Shown here: piece by piece, positions 39,125-46,372 of the stretch
Numbering within the stretch: the first letter of the stretch is position 1
How the letters are laid out: each line of letters opens with the position of its first letter
Virus record (IMG/VR): IMGVR_UViG_3300036783_000038
Coordinates: 1 to 51,904 of that record
Direction: 5' to 3' (one strand)
Origin: a virus
Taxonomy: Duplodnaviria; Caudoviricetes
Length of the DNA stretch: 51,904 bases
The notes under the pieces: model-generated
What the model was told of the DNA's origin: nothing
The model's input: the letters and a program-made list of their open reading frames with translations, nothing else
Databases searched by the model: none
Position numbers and translations under genes: made by a program

Positions 39125-39242
39125 ACCCCTACTCTAACGCTGGCATATTCATGGGGAGCCGGATTAGGGTGATAGCGAGTAAAGTACCCAGAAATACAGA
39201 AAGCATGGGTAGCCAGTAGGCTGGTGAGGCACATAGGTGATG

Positions 39243-39269
39243 AAAGGTCGCAGAAATGCGGCCTTTTTT
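39243..39269 (+). terminator. Rho-independent terminator after the repressor
   Basis: aaaggtcgca-gaaa-tgcggccttttt. Confidence 0.7.
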
Positions 39270-39368
39270 ATGCGCTAAATAATGCAAGCATAAAACACAA
39301 AATATGCTTGCTTTTATTCTTATGCATTGTTTATTATGCAAGCACATTTCACAGCATGGTACTTGCAT

Positions 39369-40346
39369 ATGTCAGGCGATAAAAAAGAACCAAAAGGGAA
39401 AGCAAAAGGGGGAGTAGCTCGCGCGAAATCTCTTACCAAAGAACAGCGAGCTAATATTGCCAAAAAAGCAGCAGCGGCGCGATGGAGTGATAAGCCACTT
39501 AAAGCAACTCATAAAGGAAACTTCATGGATGAATTTGGCATTGATGTTGAATGCTACGTCCTTAATGACGAAAACAAAACCGCTGTGGTTTCTGGTGCTG
39601 GTCTTGCGCGACTGCTTGGCCTTGGTGACCACATGATAGCTGTCACTCGCCTCCTGAACGCGCAATATATGTCCGACTTCATAGGTACAGTTTTGCGCGA
39701 AAAAATGGAAAAACCATTTAAATTTCAATGGCACCATGGCGGATCAGTTTTTGGCTCAGGTGAAGCTAATGGCTATGATTTAACTGCCGTTGGCGACATG
39801 GCGATTGCCATTTTAAATGCGCACCAAGCAAATGCACTCCCTCAAACACGAGCCAAAGCTGCAATGATGGCCCAGAAACTGGCTGGTGCATCTATGAAGG
39901 CTGGGCTCAAGGGGCTAGCATATGCAGTAGCCGGTTATAGGCCGGAAGTACAAGAAGTAATCGATGCCTTTAAAGCATTCGTTCGCGAAGAAGCGCGACA
40001 GTATGAAAGAGAATTTCCTGACGAGCTGTATGAAGAATGGTACCGGTTATATGGACTTAATCGCCCGGAGAAAGGCAGGCCTATCCGTTTTGGTCAGCTT
40101 ACTAATATGCAAATTTACGTTCCTCTCGCGAAAAGCAAAGGTAAGATTCTTGAACAGATCCGAGCGAGTCGTGACGAGAATGGTAAACAATCAGACAAGC
40201 TACACCTGTTCCTGTCCGAAATTGGCGTCAAGGCGTTACGACAACATATCGGCAAACTTCTTGGTGTTGCTGCGATGAGCGATAACAAAGAAGAGTACGA
40301 GGCTGGAATTGAAAAGGTCTTCGGGAGAATGAAGCCAGAGTTCTAA
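39369..40346 (+). CDS. P63C-domain protein
   Basis: N-terminal KGGVARAKSLTKEQR..IAKKAAAARW; C-terminal YEREFPDELYEEWYRLYG...GQLTNMQIY...KLHLFLSEIG. Confidence 0.8.
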   Translation: MSGDKKEPKGKAKGGVARAKSLTKEQRANIAKKAAAARWSDKPLKATHKGNFMDEFGIDVECYVLNDENKTAVVSGAGLARLLGLGDHMIAVTRLLNAQYMSDFIGTVLREKMEKPFKFQWHHGGSVFGSGEANGYDLTAVGDMAIAILNAHQANALPQTRAKAAMMAQKLAGASMKAGLKGLAYAVAGYRPEVQEVIDAFKAFVREEARQYEREFPDELYEEWYRLYGLNRPEKGRPIRFGQLTNMQIYVPLAKSKGKILEQIRASRDENGKQSDKLHLFLSEIGVKALRQHIGKLLGVAAMSDNKEEYEAGIEKVFGRMKPEF

Positions 40347-40357
40347 TGACTGCAACC

Positions 40358-40383
40358 AACCCGGCCCCCGCGCCGGGTTTTTA
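40358..40383 (+). terminator. Rho-independent terminator
   Basis: aacccggc-cccc-gcgccgggttttt. Confidence 0.7.
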
Positions 40384-40565
40384 TTACCCCTTCCTCACAA
40401 ACTCCGCCGTATCCCGTAGCAATCCCTTGTGAATCACATTGCCAACGGCCCTGCGCTTTGACTCCAGCGCATTAACAATTGCATCCCAACTTATCACTAT
40501 CCGTTCGCTATCAAACAGGCAACAGCCACCATTTGTCCAGACATCAATACCTCACGATCTTCCTG
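40383..40565 (-). pseudogene. Degraded small phage gene
   Basis: Minus strand reads QEDREVLMSGQMVAVACLIANG* and, in a shifted frame, VISWDAIVNALESKRRAVGNVIHKGLLRDTAEFVRKG*. Confidence 0.4.
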
Positions 40566-40622
40566 TAGTTAACCTCTTTCCTCAACACCTCACCAGCTGA
40601 CGCCGGTTTTTTTTGCCTCCTT

Positions 40623-40674
40623 CTACTAAATTTAGTTTCAATCATTTGACTATTGAAATTATTGGTTGTAAATT
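40623..40674 (+). promoter_or_regulatory. PL promoter with two OL operators
   Basis: TTGACT(40646)-17-TAAATT(40669). Operators ctactaaatttagtttcaa (40623) and ttgaaattattggttgtaa (40653) match the OR sites. Confidence 0.75.
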
Positions 40675-40749
40675 TAGCACATCGACAACAAACGCATTGT
40701 TGTCAGGTGATAAACGTTCCGCTGGCCGGCGACAAGGCAAGGTGAATAG

Positions 40750-41523
40750 ATGAATACTGTAGAGCTTCGGAAGATTTTAGATGAGCACAAAGTATGGGTT
40801 GAGTCATTCAGGCATCAGGGAGCCCGTGCCAACCTGTGCGATGCCGACCTGCGCGATGCCGACCTGCGCGATGCCGACCTGCGCGGTGCCGACCTGCGCG
40901 ATGCCAACATGCGCGGTGCCAACCTGTGCGGTGCCGACCTGCGCGATGCCAACATGCGCGGTGCCAACCTGTGCGGTGCCAACCTGTGCGGTGCCAACCT
41001 GCGCGATGCCGACCTGCGCGATGCCGACCTGCGCGGTGCCGACCTGCGCGATGCCAACATGCGCGGTGCCAACCTGTGCGGTGCCAACCTGCGCGATGCC
41101 AACATGCGCGGTGCCAACCTGTGCGGTGCCGACCTGCGCGATGCCGACCTGCGCGATGCCGACCTGCGCGGTGCCGACCTGCGCGATGCCAACATGCGCG
41201 GTGCCAACCTGTGCGGTGCCAACCTGCGCGATGCCAACCTGCGCGGTGCCGACCTGCGCGGTGCCAACCTGCCTGATCTCACCTTTGTCATTATGGGAAT
41301 GGAATACACCATCACGATTACGAATGGGGAGTATCTCCAGGCTGGCTGCCAGAGCCACAAAATCGAAGACTGGCGCCAGTTTTCTAAGCGAGATATAGCA
41401 AAAATGGACGGCCGTTGCGCACTGAAGTTCTACCCTCGCCTGCTGGATGTTATCGACTTCTATATCAGCAAAGGCTCTCGTCCTGAGTGGCTTAATGAGC
41501 CAGAAGCTGAGGAGTGCGAATGA
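40750..41523 (+). CDS. Pentapeptide-repeat protein
   Basis: 30 consecutive A[DN][LM]x[DG] units plus a C-terminal GCQSH..EDW domain. Confidence 0.92.
   Translation: MNTVELRKILDEHKVWVESFRHQGARANLCDADLRDADLRDADLRGADLRDANMRGANLCGADLRDANMRGANLCGANLCGANLRDADLRDADLRGADLRDANMRGANLCGANLRDANMRGANLCGADLRDADLRDADLRGADLRDANMRGANLCGANLRDANLRGADLRGANLPDLTFVIMGMEYTITITNGEYLQAGCQSHKIEDWRQFSKRDIAKMDGRCALKFYPRLLDVIDFYISKGSRPEWLNEPEAEECE
40828..41277 (+). repeat. 15-bp tandem repeat x30
   Basis: gcc-(a/g)ac-(c/a)tg-(c/t)gc-g(a/g)t units; the last unit is degenerate. Confidence 0.95.
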
Positions 41524-41551
41524 TGTTCAGCTTTCAGTGCTGGGGTGGCGT

Positions 41552-41662
41552 ATGAGCCGAAACGGTATTCGTTCACTGGTTATCGTGCTGGCTGTCAGTC
41601 TAGTTATCTGGTCAGCGGTGATTATCAAAATTCTGCATGTTGCGGGGGTGTTCAATGGTTAG
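41552..41662 (+). CDS. Small single-TM protein (36 aa)
   Basis: MSRNGIRSLVIVLAVSLVIWSAVIIKIL, GGGGTG RBS. Confidence 0.55.
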   Translation: MSRNGIRSLVIVLAVSLVIWSAVIIKILHVAGVFNG

Positions 41663-41861
41663 TCATCATTACGGTACCCAGACCGTTAACCGCGGCGCCG
41701 TTATGCCAGGAATGCTCGTAAAGCATCGGGAAGGCACCTGGACCGCATCAGCAAACAAACGCGGTCGCCTCTACCTGCATCGCGGCATTGAGCGCACTTA
41801 CACAACCGATTTGCTGGTTGAGGTTTATCTAAACGGGTTAGGCCAAGGCCTCAGTCAGTAA
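41655..41861 (+). CDS. Conserved early-left small protein
   Basis: HYGTQTVNRGAVMPGMLVKH; overlaps the end of the previous ORF. Confidence 0.6.
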   Translation: MVSHHYGTQTVNRGAVMPGMLVKHREGTWTASANKRGRLYLHRGIERTYTTDLLVEVYLNGLGQGLSQ

Positions 41862-41940
41862 TCGAACTAAGAATTTAACTGAGTTATCAGGCGGATTTTA
41901 TCGCGCCGGGGATTCTTACAACCAAATTTCAGGGGAAACC

Positions 41941-42945
41941 ATGAGCGAAATAACGGATTTAGTCGTCATTGAGAAAAGCAACGCGATGGCGGTTTTCACC
42001 AATAACGACCAGCTCGACCCTCTTATTGAAGCGATCGAAAAAGAGGCTCGCAGCCTGGTACCTGACGTGACCACCAAAAAAGGTCGCGACGCCATAGCAT
42101 CCATGGCTCACAAGGTCGCTCGTTCTAAAACGTACATCGACAACGCAGGTAAAGACCTGGTCGCTGAGCTGAAAGCTCTGCCAAAGCAGATCGACGAAAG
42201 CCGCCGCGTTGTCCGCGAGCGTCTCGATGCGCTGAAAGATGAAGTGCGTCGCCCGCTGACGGAATGGGAAGCAGAGCAGACTCGAATCGCAGCGGAGAAG
42301 GCTGCTGAAGAAGAGCGCTTGCGCATTGAAGCCGAGCAAAAAGCGGCGCTCGAAGAGCTCAAAAAGCAGATTGAAACCGACCACGAAATGGCTCTGCTGA
42401 TGAATGACACTTTCGACCGTGAGCAGGCCGAGAAGAAAGCAGAAGCCGAACGCCAGCGCATTGCCCGCGAAGAAGAGATTAAGCGCCAGGCAGAAGAGAA
42501 AGCGAAGCGTGAGGCAGCAGAACAGGCGCAGCGTGAAATTGACGCCGCGGCCGCCAGAGAGCGTGAGGCGATTTTGGCGAAAGAGCGCGCAGAACGTGAG
42601 CGCATTGAAGCTCAGCAGCGGGCCGAGCACGAACAGCAAGAAGCAGCTGAGCGTGCGGAGCGAGAAAAACAGGCAGCCGTGGAAGCTGAGCGTCGCAAGG
42701 CGCAGGAAGAAGCCGACCGAATCCGCCACGAAGCTGATCAGCGCGAACAGGCCCGGCTGGCAGAGGAGAAGCGCAAAGCCGATGAACAGGCGCGCCGCGA
42801 AGCCGACGTTAAGCACCGAAAGGCCGTAGGTGTAGAGGTTGTTAAGGCTCTGATGGCCAATACCAGCCTTACCCGCGATCAGGCTATCGAGGTGCTCACC
42901 GCGGTTAAAGACGGCCGCATTCCTCATACCGGTATCAGCTACTGA
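41941..42945 (+). CDS. Coiled-coil E/A/R-rich early protein
   Basis: VPDVTTKKGRDAIAS N-terminal domain and a long charged helix. Confidence 0.75.
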   Translation: MSEITDLVVIEKSNAMAVFTNNDQLDPLIEAIEKEARSLVPDVTTKKGRDAIASMAHKVARSKTYIDNAGKDLVAELKALPKQIDESRRVVRERLDALKDEVRRPLTEWEAEQTRIAAEKAAEEERLRIEAEQKAALEELKKQIETDHEMALLMNDTFDREQAEKKAEAERQRIAREEEIKRQAEEKAKREAAEQAQREIDAAAAREREAILAKERAERERIEAQQRAEHEQQEAAERAEREKQAAVEAERRKAQEEADRIRHEADQREQARLAEEKRKADEQARREADVKHRKAVGVEVVKALMANTSLTRDQAIEVLTAVKDGRIPHTGISY

Positions 42946-42952
42946 GGTGCTT

Positions 42953-43150
42953 ATGAACATCAAATGTGAATGCACAGACATGCGCACATCTGTAGGCCCG
43001 CATAACACGTTAACCGTCGAGATGGAAGACGTGGTGCTGTCGGGGACGGTTAACAGTCGTGAAGTCTTCATGCAACTGGATTGGGGCGTGGTGATCGAAT
43101 GTCTGGCGGAGCATGGCTACGTCATTACTCATCGGGAGAAAGCGGCATGA
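42953..43150 (+). CDS. Hypothetical protein
   Basis: GAGG RBS; coupled ORF. Confidence 0.55.
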   Translation: MNIKCECTDMRTSVGPHNTLTVEMEDVVLSGTVNSREVFMQLDWGVVIECLAEHGYVITHREKAA

Positions 43151-43305
43151 GCGCGGCGGAAAAATGGGATGACGACGAATTCATTCAGCTGATGAGCAAT
43201 GCGATCGGCGAACGTGATTTCGACGATGACGAACCAGTAAACCTTTCTGCAGAACGGCAGAACCCGGTGATCAGCTGGGATGAATTTGCGGGGAATTTTC
43301 AATGA
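43147..43305 (+). CDS. Small acidic protein (52 aa)
   Basis: MSAAEKWDDDEF..., ATGA coupling. Confidence 0.55.
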   Translation: MSAAEKWDDDEFIQLMSNAIGERDFDDDEPVNLSAERQNPVISWDEFAGNFQ

Positions 43306-43955
43306 CGGAGAAAAAAGTATACGTCGCTATCAGCGCTGTGTCCGGGGAGTTGGCTGAGAAAGGCATCAGCAAGGCCAGAAAACAGGGCAGCCAGGTCAAC
43401 TACGCATTCCGTGGGATCGATGACGTTTACAACGCTCTGGCCCCTGCGCTGGTGAAGCACAAGTTGCTGATCCTCCCGCGGTGTACTGAGCGGTCATCCT
43501 GTGAGCGAACAAGCAAAAATGGTGGCGCGTTGTTTTATGTAACCGTCCGTGCAGAGTTCGACTTTGTCAGCACGGAGGACGGCAGCGTTCATACCGTCGT
43601 CACCTACGGCGAGGCGATGGACAGCGGCGATAAAGCAACGAACAAGGCCATGTCGATTGCGTACAAATATGCTGCCTTTCAGGCGTTCTGCATCCCTACA
43701 GAAGAGACGACTGTGGACCCTGACTATGAGGCTCACCAGGTAAGGCCAGCCGACGCAGATCAGATTCTCGCTGATTTCTCTGCTTACGCAGGCTCAGAGA
43801 ACGATCCGAAGGCCCTCCAGGATAACTACGGGAAAGCATGGAACGACCTTCATGGCTTCCCTGGGCATCAGACGAAGTGCAGGGACGTTACCGGCATCCG
43901 CCTGAGAGAGCTGAAACAAGCCGCAAGTGGTGGCAGCAATGAAAATAACAGCTGA
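43302..43955 (+). CDS. Erf-family single-strand annealing recombinase
   Basis: YAFRGIDDVYNAL...GEAMDSGDKATNKAMSIAYKYA. Confidence 0.85.
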   Translation: MTEKKVYVAISAVSGELAEKGISKARKQGSQVNYAFRGIDDVYNALAPALVKHKLLILPRCTERSSCERTSKNGGALFYVTVRAEFDFVSTEDGSVHTVVTYGEAMDSGDKATNKAMSIAYKYAAFQAFCIPTEETTVDPDYEAHQVRPADADQILADFSAYAGSENDPKALQDNYGKAWNDLHGFPGHQTKCRDVTGIRLRELKQAASGGSNENNS

Positions 43956-44229
43956 GTCAATCCTGTCCATCCTGCGCAAGGACGCGCGTAACAACATTAC
44001 AGCGTTTCACCGCTGGCAGACAGCAAAGGGCGCTCTCGGTCACACAGCCGGAATAACTCTCAACTACCACGAGCCTTATTACGAAGGGTGGGCTCCGGCT
44101 CTTGAAATGCACGAGGTATTCATTTCAGCACCTGAACTTGAGCAGGTAATTCCCTTCCTCTCTGTAGAGAAATGGGGTGACGGGGTAATTGGTGGAGAAA
44201 TTTATCGAATCCCACGGGAGGAAAAATGA
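43939..44229 (+). CDS. Hypothetical protein
   Basis: Coupled ORF. Confidence 0.55.
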   Translation: MKITAESILSILRKDARNNITAFHRWQTAKGALGHTAGITLNYHEPYYEGWAPALEMHEVFISAPELEQVIPFLSVEKWGDGVIGGEIYRIPREEK

Positions 44230-44384
44230 AACATCACCGCGACGGAATCACCGTGGGAATTATCACTCTGCCCTATTCCATCAATCGCCGGGGATGGATC
44301 GCCCCAAGCGGAGACGTTATCAAAAACCCATTAAAGGCTCAGCGACTGGCTGAGCTGATGAACAGTAAGAAGGTGCTGGCATGA
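44226..44384 (+). CDS. DUF1317-like small protein (52 aa)
   Basis: ITVGIITLPYS..RRGWIAPSGDVIKNPLKAQRLAELMN, with ATGA coupling on both sides. Confidence 0.65.
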   Translation: MKHHRDGITVGIITLPYSINRRGWIAPSGDVIKNPLKAQRLAELMNSKKVLA

Positions 44385-46372
44385 GCGGAAATATCCCCCT
44401 GATTTACGGATCTGTATGTAGTGGTATCGAAGCAGCAACAGTAGCCTGGGAACCGCTCGGATGGAAAGCGGCCTGGTTCTCAGAGATTGAAGCTTTCCCC
44501 TCTGCTGTGCTGGCTGAACGCTGGCCAGAAGTCGTGAACCTGGGCGATATGACAAAAATCGCTGCTGCGGTTCGCGCTGGAGAGGTGCAGGCACCGGATG
44601 TGATGGTCGGCGGCACGCCTTGTCAGGCGTTCAGCATTGCCGGTCTGCGCAATGGCCTTGCAGATGCCCGCGGTCAGTTAACCCTTTCATATGTGGAATT
44701 AGCTAATGCAATTGACGACAAGCGCATCGAGCGCGGAGAAGAAGAAGCAATCTTCGTCTGGGAAAACGTCCCGGGCATCCTCACAAGCCACGACAACGCG
44801 TTTGGTTGCTTTCTGGCAGGACTTGCCGGAGAAAGCTGTGAACTTGAGCCATCAGGGGGAAAATGGACGCACGCAGGTTGTGTGTCTGGACCACAAAGGA
44901 CTATTGCCTGGCGCGTCCTTAATGCTCAATTTTTCGGAGTGGCCCAACGCCGCCGCCGTGTGTTCGTTGTCGCAAGTGCTCGAAAGGGATTCGATCCCGC
45001 AACGGTACTTTTTGAGCTCGACAGCGTGCGCCGGGATACTCCGCCGGGCAGAGAATCGCAACAGGAAACTGCCATTCATGCTGGAAAATGCACTAACGGC
45101 GGTAGTCACTGGGACAACCCGACCAACCCACACCCAACCCTGAATCAGTCAAACAATATTGGCGGAATCGGTGCCAGTAATCAGGAATTATTCAGCCAGC
45201 GCGGTTCTGGCCTCGTATCGTATTCATACTCAGATGTGTCCAGAACTCTTCTTGGAAAGGAAAACGATAGCACCGCAGAAGACCTAGAAACTTATGTTGT
45301 TCATGGTACTCAAGACCCCGATATTAACCGAGAGTTGGCGCACCCACTCGGGCGCAACAACGGGCAAGAAAATGCCTGTATTGCGTTCAGTTATAAAGAT
45401 AATGGAGCAGACGCATCAGAAGACCTGTCTCCGACATTGCGCGCTGGAAATTCAGATAACAGCAACGCTAACAGCGGGCAGCCTCCGGCGATTGCTTATG
45501 CATTCAAACCGGGGCAAGGTGCTAAGGCAAGAGGCATTGGATTCGCTGAAGAGCAATCAACAACGCTTACAAGTGCCAGCAGCGGTACAAATTTAACACC
45601 TGCCGTTATGCATGGGGTATCCGTTCGGCGTCTTATGCCGGTTGAATGTGAGCGTCTGCAGGGATTTCCTGATAACCACACACTGATCTCATGGTGCGGG
45701 AAAGAAGCGACTGAATGCCCGGATGGCCCCCGCTATCGCGCTATCGGCAACAGCATGGCAGTACCGGTCATGCACTGGATTGGCGAGCGTATTGCAGCCG
45801 CATTGCCGGCTAAAAAATCTGCGAGTAATTACGGCGGAAGCAAAACGCCAGTTGAGCAGAGAAACCTGTGGCAAACACCGCTCCCTCTGTTCGTCGCTCT
45901 GGATGCTGAGTTTTGCCTGACACTGGACGCCGCAGCATCAGCTGATAACGCGCTGTGCAGCCGCTATATCACGGAAGAGCAAAATACGCTGACCACCCCA
46001 TGGGCTGACTTCCTGGTAGCGCCTGGATATGTCTGGATTAACCCTCCTTACTGCGATATCACGCCGTTTGTTCAGAAAGCCGCTTCTGAATCTAAAAACC
46101 AGATCGGCACGGTGATGCTTGTCCCGGCTGATACGTCCGTTGGCTGGTTCCGTGAGGCAATCAAGTCTGCCAGTGAGGTACGTTTCATCGTAGGAGGTCG
46201 CCTTGCCTTTATCAACCCGGTAACCGGTAAGCCAGTATCGGGAAATAACAAAGGCTCAATGCTGATTATCTGGCATCCCTATCCTCGCACTCACTGCCAG
46301 TTCACGACCGTTGAGCGCGATGCCCTGATGAATTTCGGTGCCCGATTGATAGCCAAGAGGGAGGCGGCATGA
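44381..46372 (+). CDS. Fused C5-cytosine DNA methyltransferase and phage Dam N6-adenine methyltransferase
   Basis: C5 motifs CSGIE, GTPCQ, WENV, QRRRRVF, RRLMPVECERLQGFP and IGNSMAVPV (aa 1-475). Then WQTP, LDAAAS, NPPY and GRLAF (aa ~482-663). Confidence 0.9.
   Translation: MSGNIPLIYGSVCSGIEAATVAWEPLGWKAAWFSEIEAFPSAVLAERWPEVVNLGDMTKIAAAVRAGEVQAPDVMVGGTPCQAFSIAGLRNGLADARGQLTLSYVELANAIDDKRIERGEEEAIFVWENVPGILTSHDNAFGCFLAGLAGESCELEPSGGKWTHAGCVSGPQRTIAWRVLNAQFFGVAQRRRRVFVVASARKGFDPATVLFELDSVRRDTPPGRESQQETAIHAGKCTNGGSHWDNPTNPHPTLNQSNNIGGIGASNQELFSQRGSGLVSYSYSDVSRTLLGKENDSTAEDLETYVVHGTQDPDINRELAHPLGRNNGQENACIAFSYKDNGADASEDLSPTLRAGNSDNSNANSGQPPAIAYAFKPGQGAKARGIGFAEEQSTTLTSASSGTNLTPAVMHGVSVRRLMPVECERLQGFPDNHTLISWCGKEATECPDGPRYRAIGNSMAVPVMHWIGERIAAALPAKKSASNYGGSKTPVEQRNLWQTPLPLFVALDAEFCLTLDAAASADNALCSRYITEEQNTLTTPWADFLVAPGYVWINPPYCDITPFVQKAASESKNQIGTVMLVPADTSVGWFREAIKSASEVRFIVGGRLAFINPVTGKPVSGNNKGSMLIIWHPYPRTHCQFTTVERDALMNFGARLIAKREAA
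44706..45143 (+). CDS. Overprinted +1-frame ORF inside MTase 1 (putative accessory subunit)
   Basis: 145-codon frame with a protein-like core CSLSQVLERDSIPQRYFLSSTACAGILRRAENRNRKLP. Confidence 0.55.
   Translation: MQLTTSASSAEKKKQSSSGKTSRASSQATTTRLVAFWQDLPEKAVNLSHQGENGRTQVVCLDHKGLLPGASLMLNFSEWPNAAAVCSLSQVLERDSIPQRYFLSSTACAGILRRAENRNRKLPFMLENALTAVVTGTTRPTHTQP

Noticed and set aside
40828-41277. Possible CRISPR array or diversity-generating retroelement repeat
   Set aside because: Contiguous coding repeats without spacers; no cas or reverse transcriptase gene in the window.
40781-41398. Long ORFs in other frames and strands (MPTCA, AQVGT, RCRPA repeats)
   Set aside because: By-product of a stop-free 15-bp tandem repeat; only the 40750 frame has an RBS and unique flanking domains.
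41959-43071. 370-aa minus-strand ORF
   Set aside because: Antisense to the low-complexity coiled-coil gene and against the direction of the operon.
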